48,403 nucleotides of DNA from assembly GCA_032718475.1 (NCBI GenBank), contig JAUCBJ010001446.1, forward strand, positions 1 to 48,403, given 5' to 3'. The translations under genes were made by a program, and so were the position numbers. Below the pieces are notes generated by a model. The model did not search any database and was not told where the DNA came from. It saw nothing but the letters and a program-made list of their open reading frames with translations. Numbering within the stretch: the first letter of the stretch is position 1; each line of letters starts with the position of its first letter. Positions 35,207 to 46,164 of the stretch are shown here, one piece after another. The DNA comes from Nemertoderma westbladi (taxonomy: Eukaryota; Animalia; Xenacoelomorpha).

Positions 35207-35766
35207 TGTGACGGGATCCACGAAGGATCCCGATTTATCCGGTTTATCAAACTACGCGTCCCCGCCGTGTGTGAAAGGTGAAAAGAGTTTGTGTTGTTCG
35301 TCGTATATAATCCTTGGGTATAATAGTATAGATGAATGATGATAATATAGAATTGGTAATATAGTAAACGGAAGGCGGGAAACGGTGATTAAAGTCCCGG
35401 TACTTCCCTAGCTAAACTAACCTAACTAACATCAAATGATACACTGACTAAATGATACACTGACTAAATGATAGCTGTACTGATAATATATTGCACGGTT
35501 GGCCAAGTTACGCTACTCAGCCGGTGCCTTCCCCCCATTGGCTAATAACCCTGTTGTCGCCCTTTTACCTCCCCTGAAGTGTTTCCCCTTGCCCCTGCTA
35601 TTCTCCCTCTTTCAGGGGTATAACCCCTAACCCCTATTGTGTGTGTTTCTCCTTCCCACTTTGTTGGGGTGACACGAGGTTGATATTGGTAATCAACCTC
35701 GTACTCCCAATATTGCTTAACGGTTCACTCTATGGGGTTAGTGTGGCGGAATTGGATAAGCTAACA
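35207..35766 (-). repeat. 5' LTR of element A (560 bp)
   Basis: Direct repeat of 26703-27262. Confidence 0.95.
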
Positions 35767-37440
35767 TACGTTGCGGACAACGTAGAAATTAAAAACTCCT
35801 ACTACCAGACTACAGTAAGGCAAATACTACTGGTGATATTTTATATTGATACTACACTCAGATAAAGGTACGCATTTGATGTACCGTCACCGCCTTATAT
35901 TAGTTTTGATACAGTATTATCACTCACACTAAATGTGAAAAATGCAGGTTAATTACAAAATTGTAAATACTGTAGTATTATAAAATTTTGTCTAATTTTT
36001 TCAAAACTGTACTGTTGTACAGTACATGCTAAATGATACTGTACTGTATATACGAAATATCTAAATGCAAAATACTTTTTTGTAGGAGTTTATTGTTTAT
36101 AGTGGAAGCTGGAAGCTTATAATTTTGGGTGCTAAATATAACACTAAATTTTTTATAAATATATTAGAAAAATGTTGTTCAAAACAATACCTTTCTGATA
36201 TATGTTAACACACATATAGTACTAAAAATAATTCAAATTGGTCAATGCCTGACCTGCTATTACTATTTATTTTTAATGACGTTTTTCAAGTAGAACTACA
36301 CCACTTAACTAGAGATACACAAAAACCTTTAATTACAGTACTGTACTGTATGTGCTGAGCATATAGCGCAGTGGAATCCTTTTTAGGTCCGCGTAACGAG
36401 ACCTCTAGTATTCCCTCCGTTGTTGTTGTTAATTTCCAGTTAGGTTTTAGTTTTATAAGGCGGCTTCATATGGCGCAGTGGCGAAATTGGTAGAGCGTCT
36501 TCTAGGTACCGAGTTTAATCCCACTTTACAGTTAATTTTTTTCGGTAGTAAGGTTGCGGCAGTAATTCAATGAGACTATTCATGCGTTAGTAGACGGCGG
36601 ACCTTTGAGCGATTTCGCGCTTGTTTTCACTTACTGTTACTGCGCCTTATTTAAATTTCATATAAAGGAGTGATATACTGTAAATACACACCATGTCCTG
36701 GAATATTGTGTCGTTATTCTGGTTCATGGCCTCCCCCCTCCCAATTTTTTTTACAAATCGTAATGAGATTGCATAAAATTTGAAAGAGAGTTAGTTTCAT
36801 CTCCCTCCTCCTCCATGGGTACGAGACAGAATTGTTATTTTTTGCTTTCATTCTTTAGCTACAAGCGTTTAAAAAAAGTGTCTCCGTCGATATTGCAGCA
36901 GTTCCACCACAGTTATTCTTCAACCTACCTAATAGTGATTTGTAGATACTAGTGAAAATCTGGCCGTGCAAGGATTACAAATATGTAAAAATATTTGAAT
37001 TTGGTAGGGAAATAGCTGAGATGGGCATTCGAATGTTGCATGTATTTACTTGCAGGCCATTTTATTCTATTGAATAAATACATAACATTCTGGAACATTT
37101 TGTTTATCTCATACAGCATAAGTAGCTTGGCAACAATTCAATGCCTACATAATAATACTACTATATAGATATTCCTACATAAGCAAAATGTTCTATAATA
37201 TCAAGGTAATATAGAATCAAAAAATCCTCATTCTGGGAATTTGTTAAGGGTTTGACACCCTTTTTTGGCTAGATTGACTGGACTATAAGAACAATTTCTT
37301 TTCCAATAATTCTAATGAGGTTTGGTGTAGAAAAATTAATAAAAACTATTATTATTATTCTAGAACTTGATTGCAACCTATAAAACCAATCCGGTGCGTT
37401 GTTTACAAAAAATTTAATAAATTTTAGAACTGTCAGTGCC

Positions 37441-37448
37441 TATAAAAG
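37441..37448 (+). promoter_or_regulatory. Candidate TATA box (TATAAAAG) for the PNP-like gene
   Basis: About 50 bp upstream of the ATG at 37492; AATAAA at ~38524 downstream of the stop. Confidence 0.45.
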
Positions 37449-37491
37449 TCAATTTATTACGTCCAACCTCCTCTTCCACCCGAAGATCACG

Positions 37492-38456
37492 ATGGTTCCC
37501 GTCGAGCTCTACCTACGTCGCAACATAACCGCCGGATCACCGACCGACTTCATCAGGGTCGACGAGATTCCTGCCCTTCGCACCCGCTCGCAGAGGCAGA
37601 AGTTGACCGCGTTGAAGGAGGCCGTGGGGCAGCTGGGCATCCCCGTCACCTACAAGACCATCCCCGGCCACAAGGAGAGATCGCCGATGCTGAAGATCCA
37701 CGGCATCCGCGAGAAGACATCGGAGGAGAAGTTGAAGCAATCGGTGGTGGTCATCGTGGTCGGGATCCGGAGCGAGTTCCTCGCCATCGTCGACCATCTC
37801 CAGGATCCGAGGCACCTCGAGGTGGATCTCCCCTGGACGAAGAAGAGAGCCGTCGGATTCCTGCCAGGTTCGGACTCCGTCATCACCGTCGTCCTCCCCA
37901 AGAACATCAACGCCCCCAACGCTGCCGGAGCCATCGCCCAGGTTTTCACCGTCGCCAAAAACACCGTCGAGTATGCCCTCAAGGTAGGCACCGTCTTCGG
38001 CGGAGAGGACTCGGAGATGGGAGAGATCGGGGTCCTGAAATCGGTGGGACGGGCCAGTCCCTTGTACGATGGGTACATGCGTGAGTGGACGAAGCCGTGG
38101 GACGGATTTCCCAGTCGCCAGATATACGACATTGGTGAGGATCTGGACAGAAAGATCAAGGTGCGTGGTCGTTGGGTTCGGATCTTGGGGAGGGCAACGA
38201 CGAGCGGTCCCGCTCGTTTCCCCGGCGAGCAGCAGTTGGAGGAGAGGAGCCATGGCGAGTTCGAGATGTCCGGCGTAGTGTGGGCCGTCATAGCGACCAC
38301 GTTCGGACACCCCGTCGAAACATCCCACATCAGTGTCGTTACCGACAAGGCGACAAGGACGGCGAGGGCGCCTCCCCGACCGACAAGAAGAAATATCTAG
38401 AGAGACTTGGCATCGTCGCCTGCGAGATCCTGAGGAAATGCCTCGACGAGACCTGA
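37492..38456 (+). CDS. Nucleoside phosphorylase / MTA-SAH nucleosidase-like protein (PNP_UDP_1 fold), with one frameshift near 38350
   Basis: VVIVVGIRSEFLAI (strand1-A..E), NAAGAI, LKVGTVFGG....MGEIGV (vGiaGG..GDvvv), GEFEMSGV (EMEgag), ISVVTDKA (rgisD.A); the C-terminal helix continues in the other frame (DKKKYLERLGIVACEILRKCLDET*). Confidence 0.65.
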
Positions 38457-38877
38457 GAAGAATTCACCATCTGTCTTTATAATGTCTTGGATAAATTCAT
38501 GTGGGATCCTCTACTTTTCGGCAATAAAACATAATTATTTGCAAGATTATAAATTAAATCGACGGAAACGTTATATAAGTTATTATTTCTATTCTCATAT
38601 CTATTCTCGGATCTTTGAAGTAATAGGCCAATTTTTTGTCGGATTTCCAAATTAAAAGTGCAAATCAATTTCAACCATCACCAAACATGCGTTCAAAACT
38701 GGTAAAGTGGCAAAAAAATCAGCTAAAAGACACTGATTTGTACACAATTTTTCACCATTTTCTGCAATTTCACAAAAAAATATATGGTAGGGGGGGGGGG
38801 GGGGGGGGGGTGTGGGGTGAATTTTAGGCAAATGCGATTTTTCACCGATTTTATGCTATTTGATTTTTTTTGCATTT

Positions 38878-39605
38878 TGCCTATAATTTAGGGGCCAAAT
38901 TTTAAACATTTGTGTTTTTTCCCTGTTTTTTGCGCTATTTTTCGTCATTTTTTACGATTTGCCTAAAATTTAGGGGCCAAATTTTAGGCATTTGTGTTTT
39001 TTCCCTGTTTTTTGCGCTATTTTTCGTCATTTTTTACGATTTGCCTAAAATTTAGGGGCCAAATTTTAGGCATTTGTGTTTTTTCCCTGTTTTTTGCGCT
39101 ATTTTTCGTCATTTTTTACAATTTGCCTAAAATTTAGCGGCCAAATTTTAGGCATTTGTGTTTTTTCCCTGTTTTTTGCGCATTTTTTCGTCATTTTTTA
39201 CGATTTGCCTAAAATTTAGGGGCCAAATTTTAGGCATTTGTGTTTTTTCCCTGTTTTTTGCGCTATTTTTCGTCATTTTTTACAATTTGCCTAAAATTTA
39301 GGGGCCAAATTTTAGGCATTTGTGTTTTTTCCCTGTTTTTTGCGCATTTTTTCGTCATTTTTTACGATTTGCCTAAAATTTAGGGGCCAAATTTTAGGCA
39401 TTTGTGTTTTTTCCCTGTTTTTTGCGCTATTTTTCGTCATTTTTTACGATTTGCCTAAAATTTAGGGGCCAAATTTTAGGCATTTGTGTTTTTTCCCTGT
39501 TTTTTGCGCATTTTTTCGTCATTTTTTACGATTTGCCTAAAATTTAGGGGCCAAATTTTAGGCATTTGTGTTTTTTCCCTGTTTTTTGAGCTATTTTTCG
39601 TCATT
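38878..39605. repeat. 82-bp satellite, 9 near-identical copies, with an internal palindrome
   Basis: The GGGGCC landmark recurs every 82 bp (38891, 38973, 39055...39547); TGCCTAAAATTT..AAATTTTAGGCA hairpin in each unit. Confidence 0.95.
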
Positions 39606-39607
39606 TA

Positions 39608-39700
39608 TTTTTAGTTCATCAACACAGCCGTTTTTCGGCGGTGTACATAGATTTTAGTTCATCAACACAGCCGTTTTTCGGCGGGGTACATAGATTTTAG
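39608..39700. repeat. ~43-bp tandem duplication
   Basis: TTTTAGTTCATCAACACAGCCGTTTTTCGGCGG(T/G)GTACATAGA twice. Confidence 0.85.
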
Positions 39701-39895
39701 TAGTCTTTGCCGTTATTAGTAGTAAGGTTACTGACGCTTTTTGTGTGAAAAGTTCGTGTTGACCGGTTTTTTTTTCAAGTGAGAGTCCACGATGAAGCAG
39801 ATTTCGCTTTTTCTTTGAATGATCTCATTGGATCAATCATCAGTTTGTGGCACTTGATTGCATTTGATTGTACTAATGCATGATTGATTGATGAT

Positions 39896-41479
39896 TGTTA
39901 TGGTTTCCTAAGATTATACTATAATGAATAGAGTAGAAATCCTTGCTATCAAGCTACTCCAAGTGTTATTCTCCTTCAACTTGCTTGGCTGTTTTGCTTG
40001 ATTGTGGGCTACAGTCACAATTCTATCTTTGTTCTTTTGTGGTGTTGTCTTCGTTCTGCCTACTTTCACTAGCAATGGAGATAATACAGTGGACAATTCA
40101 CACTGCATCTGCAAAACCTCTCTCTGCAAGAAATAGCCATATACTGGTCTGGCAGATTCGCCAGCTGCATTCTGCAAATATAATATATGACGCACTTTTC
40201 CTCTATAGCTCTGGTTCCAGTATGCTATACATTGATATTCACCTTATTCCAATTCAAGCACTTTTCTCACACTGCTCTTCTCTTTTGCAGGATATTCAAC
40301 CAAACACATGGTGTTTGCGCTTTTAAGACCTTTGACAGTTTAACCTGCCAAATTAGGATGTCTTTTAGATGATATATATTCTTTAGCTTATGACGAGTAC
40401 TTGATACACTACATTAGCCGAAGCCAGTCTATGCGCAATCATTCACCCGTTGGATATACCCGGGAGACTGAGTTCGGAGCTTAATGATTGATGGTGTAAG
40501 CCTACTGTATTATTCGACTGATCGTAATATATAATCTCTGACAAATATTAGTCACTTTCGGGAAATATTAACAGTTCCTTTAGGATGTGGCGCTCTAAAT
40601 ATGTAAACAGAGTTATGACTTAAACTAGACACAACGAAAAGGCTATAGATTTACGTATATGGCGCATTCTTTAGGAGATGCTTTGTTATCAGTTACAATC
40701 ATACACAATGCCGCACAATACTGCACACTAATCTGCCGACCTTCACTAAATTTGGTCACGTATAAAGAGAGCAACAGACAATTTATGTTGGGCATATGAA
40801 ATAGCATTAGATTCACTTCAAACCACTCAACATAGGTCGCAATCGTTTATCTGTAACCGGTCTCTCTAACCTTTAGTATATCAAGAAGGTGGGGTGTCTG
40901 ACTATTGATCAGTATTCCGATATAATATTTCATCAACAAATATAATGAACAACAGACAGCAAAAGCAGTAATATTAATGTATGAATTGTTTAGTTATGGT
41001 TTGATATAGTTCGATAAGGTTTGATAACAGATATACGTTCTATAATTAAGCCTACTAATGTAAAGCTAAAGAATGCTGATATACGGAGGTGCCAAAAGCC
41101 GATGTTCTTAGGCTCTGGGCAAAAACATAACACTGAACTACTGAGTTCTGTATACACCTCCAACACAGAGACAAAAAACGCTCTGATTGGTCAACCGAAC
41201 AACGAGAGAACAAAGAAACAAAGAAATGTCGACGTGGCAATATCAGCTGTTAGCCGTCGTCATGGTAGCGACACTGTTTTCAAGAGTATCTAGCTTATCG
41301 CGTCACGAGATTGCGGATTATGTCCTCTAAAGTACAAATACAGTACAAATACAGAAGAAATGACTTTTATGTCCTCTAAAACACCAGTACAGCAAGGACA
41401 CGGCCTTTTTATGCCTGGCAAACCAACTACAGAGTACTTTAAGGGAAAATAACCGGTTAATGACGCAAAAGCTTTTACA
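39896..41479 (-). repeat. Putative 3' LTR of BEL/Pao element B (boundaries uncertain)
   Basis: Minus-strand GGGAGCGG followed by TGT at 41479, just downstream of the accessory ORF; a candidate AACA end at 39896. The partner LTR is outside the window. Confidence 0.3.
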
Positions 41480-41557
41480 CCGCTCCCAGAAAATGGGATT
41501 TAAGTCTATAAAATATAACAAATCACAGTTTCTAAAATATAAAAATACTCTAAACAG

Positions 41558-44524
41558 TTAGTCTTTCTTACGCGGACGGCGTTTACGCAGTTTTTTGAGG
41601 CTGGTAAGAGTCCTTTTCTCTTTGGGGCGAGCCACTTTACTAGGAGGGCTGTAACTCCTGGGTGAAGGGTGCAATACAATTGCATCAGAAGGTTTCGGAT
41701 TGCGATCGGTGTATCCGCCGGTCGAGGTACCTGGTTGATCGATATCAACTTCCGTGGAGCGAGGTCTAACAGCCTTTAGGGCGCGCCTCAGGACAGCAGC
41801 TCCTACGGGTCCTTGACGGGTTGTCTGGGCAATGGCGGTAGGCGGACCGTGGGTGGTAAGAAACTTCCTTGGTTTAATAGTTCTTTCCAGCTCGCGTTCT
41901 CGGGCTCGATATTCGTAGGGCCGTCGAGATACTTCCTGTAACTCAGGGTGTGAGTTGATAAATAAATCGCCATACTCAGGGTCTTGACGGATATAATTGA
42001 TCAAATGGTATGAAGTAATATCGTTAGGATTGACGTTCCTAAGGTATCTTCTAACAAATTTAGTGGAAATACACTCCCCAACACGCTTCATTAGCTCGTA
42101 ACTCGGTACGCGTGTTTTTTGTTCCACAGACGCTAATAAATAAGGATGGAACGCATAAACTCCCTCGTAAGAGCGTCCAGGGTAGTATCGATGATGGGAC
42201 TCGCAATGTAAATCCGCGTTCGCTTCCCAAGCTCGAATGTAGCGCAGGGTAATCATTTCATCTACGCTCTCTAAATCGTGATTAAAGGGGCAATTATAAC
42301 TGGCATGTCCTTTAAGTTGACAGTGGTGGCATTGAGTCATAAATTGGGGGCAGACTGCAAAAATATGAGAGTTATTAAGTCTGCAATACGCACAATATAT
42401 CTCCATCATTGGTTGTTCGTGGAAATAGGAACAGGGTACGTCTGAGTCCATAGGAGTGAAGTGGTCTCTCGATGCGCATAATCGACAACGTTTTCGAGAA
42501 ACATAGTTAGCGTGTCGATAATCGTATGCGGTGAGACATTGTGGACCTTGATACCACTCTAAGACGTAGTCGTTATCGCTGCTCCGGGGCGCTGTAGGCT
42601 GAATCGCTTCAGCTTCTAAGCATATTGGTTCGTCTTCCAATTGCATAGCTGAGGTAGGTGCGGCTGTCTCCGCAAGCGGACCCACTGTCTGAACTTCGAC
42701 GACAGAATAACCCGTGGGTATTCGGGGTCTTTGTATAACAGATGAGTGCAAGTTCTGTATACAAACGTCCTGAAAAAGGGCAAATCCCGCGCTGTTTAGC
42801 TTCTCCGCCGCTGAGTCTCTCAGGCTGAGTTTGGTCAGAGCGCGGTCCTTGAACTGACTATCAACGTTACGGAACGGAGTCAGAAAGCGCCTGAAACATT
42901 CAAAGCGGATGAATTTATTGTGTTCATCTAACTTGGCGAGTTTGGTTCCAAGTATTAAGGGATGGGCGCGTATGGTACGACTGCACACATCGGCTAGCCA
43001 ACCGGCAAGTGCTGCGTTTTCAAAGATCGTGTATATAGCTAAGGAGGGACGAAGTGGAGCACTCATAAAGCTATACACGGCGCCAGGTGCGGTCAACGGT
43101 CCATCAAAGTATAAACGAGAATAATGATCTCCGTATACTTGTTGGTAATTTATAGGATTTCCAACCTTGAAATTCCATCCGTATTCTTGAAAGGCAAGAT
43201 GTCCGATGGAGGTTCGTTGTACTTTGGTAATTCCGCTGGGTGTATTGGCATACATAGTGCGGAAGAAACCTCGGCCTTCTGCCCAAGGAGCAATCAGCTG
43301 AGTATCAACGAAGGGGTATGGAATGTTCTCCATATTCCGAAAGTCGTATGCCTAATATGTCTTCCATTGATGGTAGTGGTAGAGAGCAGGGGAAGACCTA
43401 TGTCGTATTCAGAAATATTCCGAAATACGATCTCAGTAGGAGGATTGCATCATTCGATGACTATCTCCAAATGAATTTATCCCCAGTGATTAGGGGGTGA
43501 ACAACCAGATTTATGACACATAATGGTACCAGTTGTTCACAAACTATCCGCGTGTCCTTTCAGTCCTTGTATCACGGTTGTGGACTTAAGGAAATCATTG
43601 GTGGTTGATTTTCTAATCAACAACGAGAGGGTGGAAGTTGATATCATAAATATCAACAGGGTGTGACATGAATAGGAGATGCGGACACCAATATGAGCAT
43701 CCAGATTAACAGTAAGGGATGGGAGGTTTATTAAGAGGTGGTATGATCCATACCACGATACAACTAGGATTGGTCGATCGTCTCCCAAAGTTCCGAGCGC
43801 ATTGGGAAGAGAAGGTGTGACGAAGTGGGTTGTATTTTCAATAGCGATGTATAGAGGGATAAAGGGAGTAAAGAGGAGGGAGGATATAGGGTAGTATCCA
43901 TAAGATACCACAATGGACCAGTTTTCCGTCACGTCATCATTCATTCCTGTCTTTTAATTGTGACACTGATCACAAGAATTACAAGAAAACGATGAGGGAA
44001 GAGAAATTTACAGCCTCCCGAAGGAGACCGCCCGCGAGCACCCGTGCCCCGGGGAAAACTATTCACATTATGGACCCAGGACATTAACACACGTCTCTTC
44101 TCCAGTGGTTCTCCTATATTTGTCTTTACAAGCCTTCATCCACGTTCTTTCTTTCGAGCTGATTTCGAATAGAGTTCTCATGTTCTATTCTCGGTTTATC
44201 GTTCCGACTCCGCTGGGTATGATATTTAAATAAAACCATTTCCCTTTCGGTATCCACATCGTCCGTGTCGTGTAAATCGATAGGATGGCCGGTAGTTAAG
44301 AAGTCCATATACGTACCATTACGATGCGTATAGCGAGCGGTGAACTTTCTATAGTCCAATTCACGCGTAAGTTGCTCCGGGGACATTGGCGGTTCGATAT
44401 AACGACCATCATCCTCCGTAGTAGTTGGACCAGCGTCGCAGCGTATCAAGCTATCGACAAACGCTTGTAAAGGTAGAGTATATAGCTCCCTGATGCCAAG
44501 ATCATCTTCTATCAACTCAGTCAT
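41558..44524 (-). CDS. Accessory ORF of element B, homologous to that of element A (exonuclease-like + triple CCHC); the 3' 591 codons are open, the 5' part is broken
   Basis: ORF 41558-43333 has CRLC..H..C, CAYC..H..CP and CHHC..GH..C. Upstream fragments (43537-43944, 44126-44524 and adjacent frames) give YIAIEN, LLINL, VP..V..LV.HP.I, GINSFGD. Confidence 0.65.
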
Positions 44525-45343
44525 ATCTGCTATGAGTTTATCAATATTATAATGAGTTTATATATATTAGGCTAGCGGGCGTCGCTGCCTACCCCTCTTT
44601 TGCCCCCGGACAGTGTAAGATCCTCAGCGCCGATGTACCGTCGTCGCTGTGCTTTCGCCAACGATGTAGCTACACAACGACAACGATAACCGGCACAAGT
44701 CACTTAACTGTCCGTCCCAAAGGCTTAGATGTACTGCAGGTTCTTCTTGGAGAGTTAGGGTTACTTTCACAATTGCGACTCGCTACTGTAAACACACCTT
44801 AGTAGTAACATTCACCTACAAACGCACAAATTCAACACAACTGCAACAAACTGCACACATTCGGGCCATTTGTCCATTAGTCAGTACCTTCCAGAATGTC
44901 ACTGTATTTATTATGTATCCTTGGATACTAGCAGTGCGCTATTTATTCCCTATGCTATTCAATGGGGCATGCTTTCTATTGTTCTTTTAACTCACTTCTA
45001 ATTCTAGCGTGGTTGTTGCCATGGTGACATTATGGAAAGCTAGCGGTAGAATTAGGGTAATTCTCATGCATACAGATCTGGGATGCTATTTAATAGTAAT
45101 TCTTTAATGGTCAATATCCCCTTTATACATGATTTTATGAATTTTATCGGCTATTGACTATACATTGGAGATTCTCGCACACAAATACACTTAATAGAGT
45201 GAATCTCCGCTCCCATGATCTATTACTTAATGGAAATTTGGGAATGTTATAAATTGTATAAAATGACAATTTATTAAATTCATTGAAATATATGAATTTA
45301 AATTTATTCCCGTAAATTTTATTATTTAATATTAAAATGGACA

Positions 45344-45613
45344 CAATTTTATTCCAGAACGTGTCTGGGGACTGGGATCCTTGATTCTAGGAATTTTGAC
45401 CTTTTAAGAGTATCGGTAAGTGCTACGATATCTTAATCGACTAGAATTTTAAAGGATCTGATATTTGACAGATTTTTGTAAATATTAATACTTAATATTT
45501 AGGATGGGCACCAGTTTATTCCAGAACTTGTCTGGGGACGTTAACCATTGATTCTAGAAATTTGTCTTTCAAGTATATCGGTGGGTGCCGCGATATCTTA
45601 ATCGACTAGAATT
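45344..45613. repeat. Diverged ~105-bp direct repeat pair in the spacer between pol and the accessory ORF
   Basis: TTTATTCCAGAAC.TGTCTGGGGAC...TTGATTCTAG...CGATATCTTAATCGACTAGAATT at ~45344-45448 and ~45512-45613. Confidence 0.85.
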
Positions 45614-46164
45614 ACATATGGTCAAAGGGTTTAACAGATTTATTTCGCGTTATACGCTACTGTTAAAGGGACATCACGCTACTATATGTATTATTTAATA
45701 TACGGTATGAGAGCAATATCGCACGAAGCAATGTCAGTGTGAAGAGGCAAGTCGTTTCCAAGGTCTACCCAGAGCTTGGTTTAGCCGAGACACGAGGATC
45801 TGAACTTTGCATTCCTAATACTCTGCCTACCAATAATACTTGAATATAGTAGTGGCTTTATTGTACTTTAATAAGTACGGATATTTCATCTTACTGTAGT
45901 CACGTATTGATAATGTAATACGGGCAGTAAGGAAAGAGAAAAAGAATTATTTCTCGCCGTCGCACTAAATATATAATATACGTAATTAAATAATAAACGC
46001 GAATATATTGCACTAATCTACTAAATAATCTCTAAAATACATACTACTAAATAAAATTAAATAAAACGATTAAAATAAAATTACATAATAATACATACAT
46101 AATTATAAAAATAAAACAAATACAAATATAAAATAATATGGTCACACACCCACTCCAGCCGTTG

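Larger units (their letters stand above)
26703..35766 (-). mobile_element. BEL/Pao LTR retrotransposon A, non-autonomous (gag + accessory ORF, no pol)
   Basis: Paired 560-bp LTRs (TG...CA), TSD TACGT at 26698-26702 and 35767-35771, PPT next to the left LTR, BEL-type Gag. Confidence 0.92.

Noticed and set aside
36471-36522. tRNA-like A/B boxes (also 17994-18066)
   Set aside because: Cannot fold a complete cloverleaf; more likely decayed SINE heads than tRNA genes.
37537-38348. Long antisense ORFs over the PNP-like gene
   Set aside because: Expected by-product of high GC and codon bias; only the plus frame shows fold motifs.
41558-43333. env gene in the third-ORF position
   Set aside because: No evident signal peptide, transmembrane anchor or fusion-protein pattern; it has intracellular RNA-binding-type CCHC knuckles instead.
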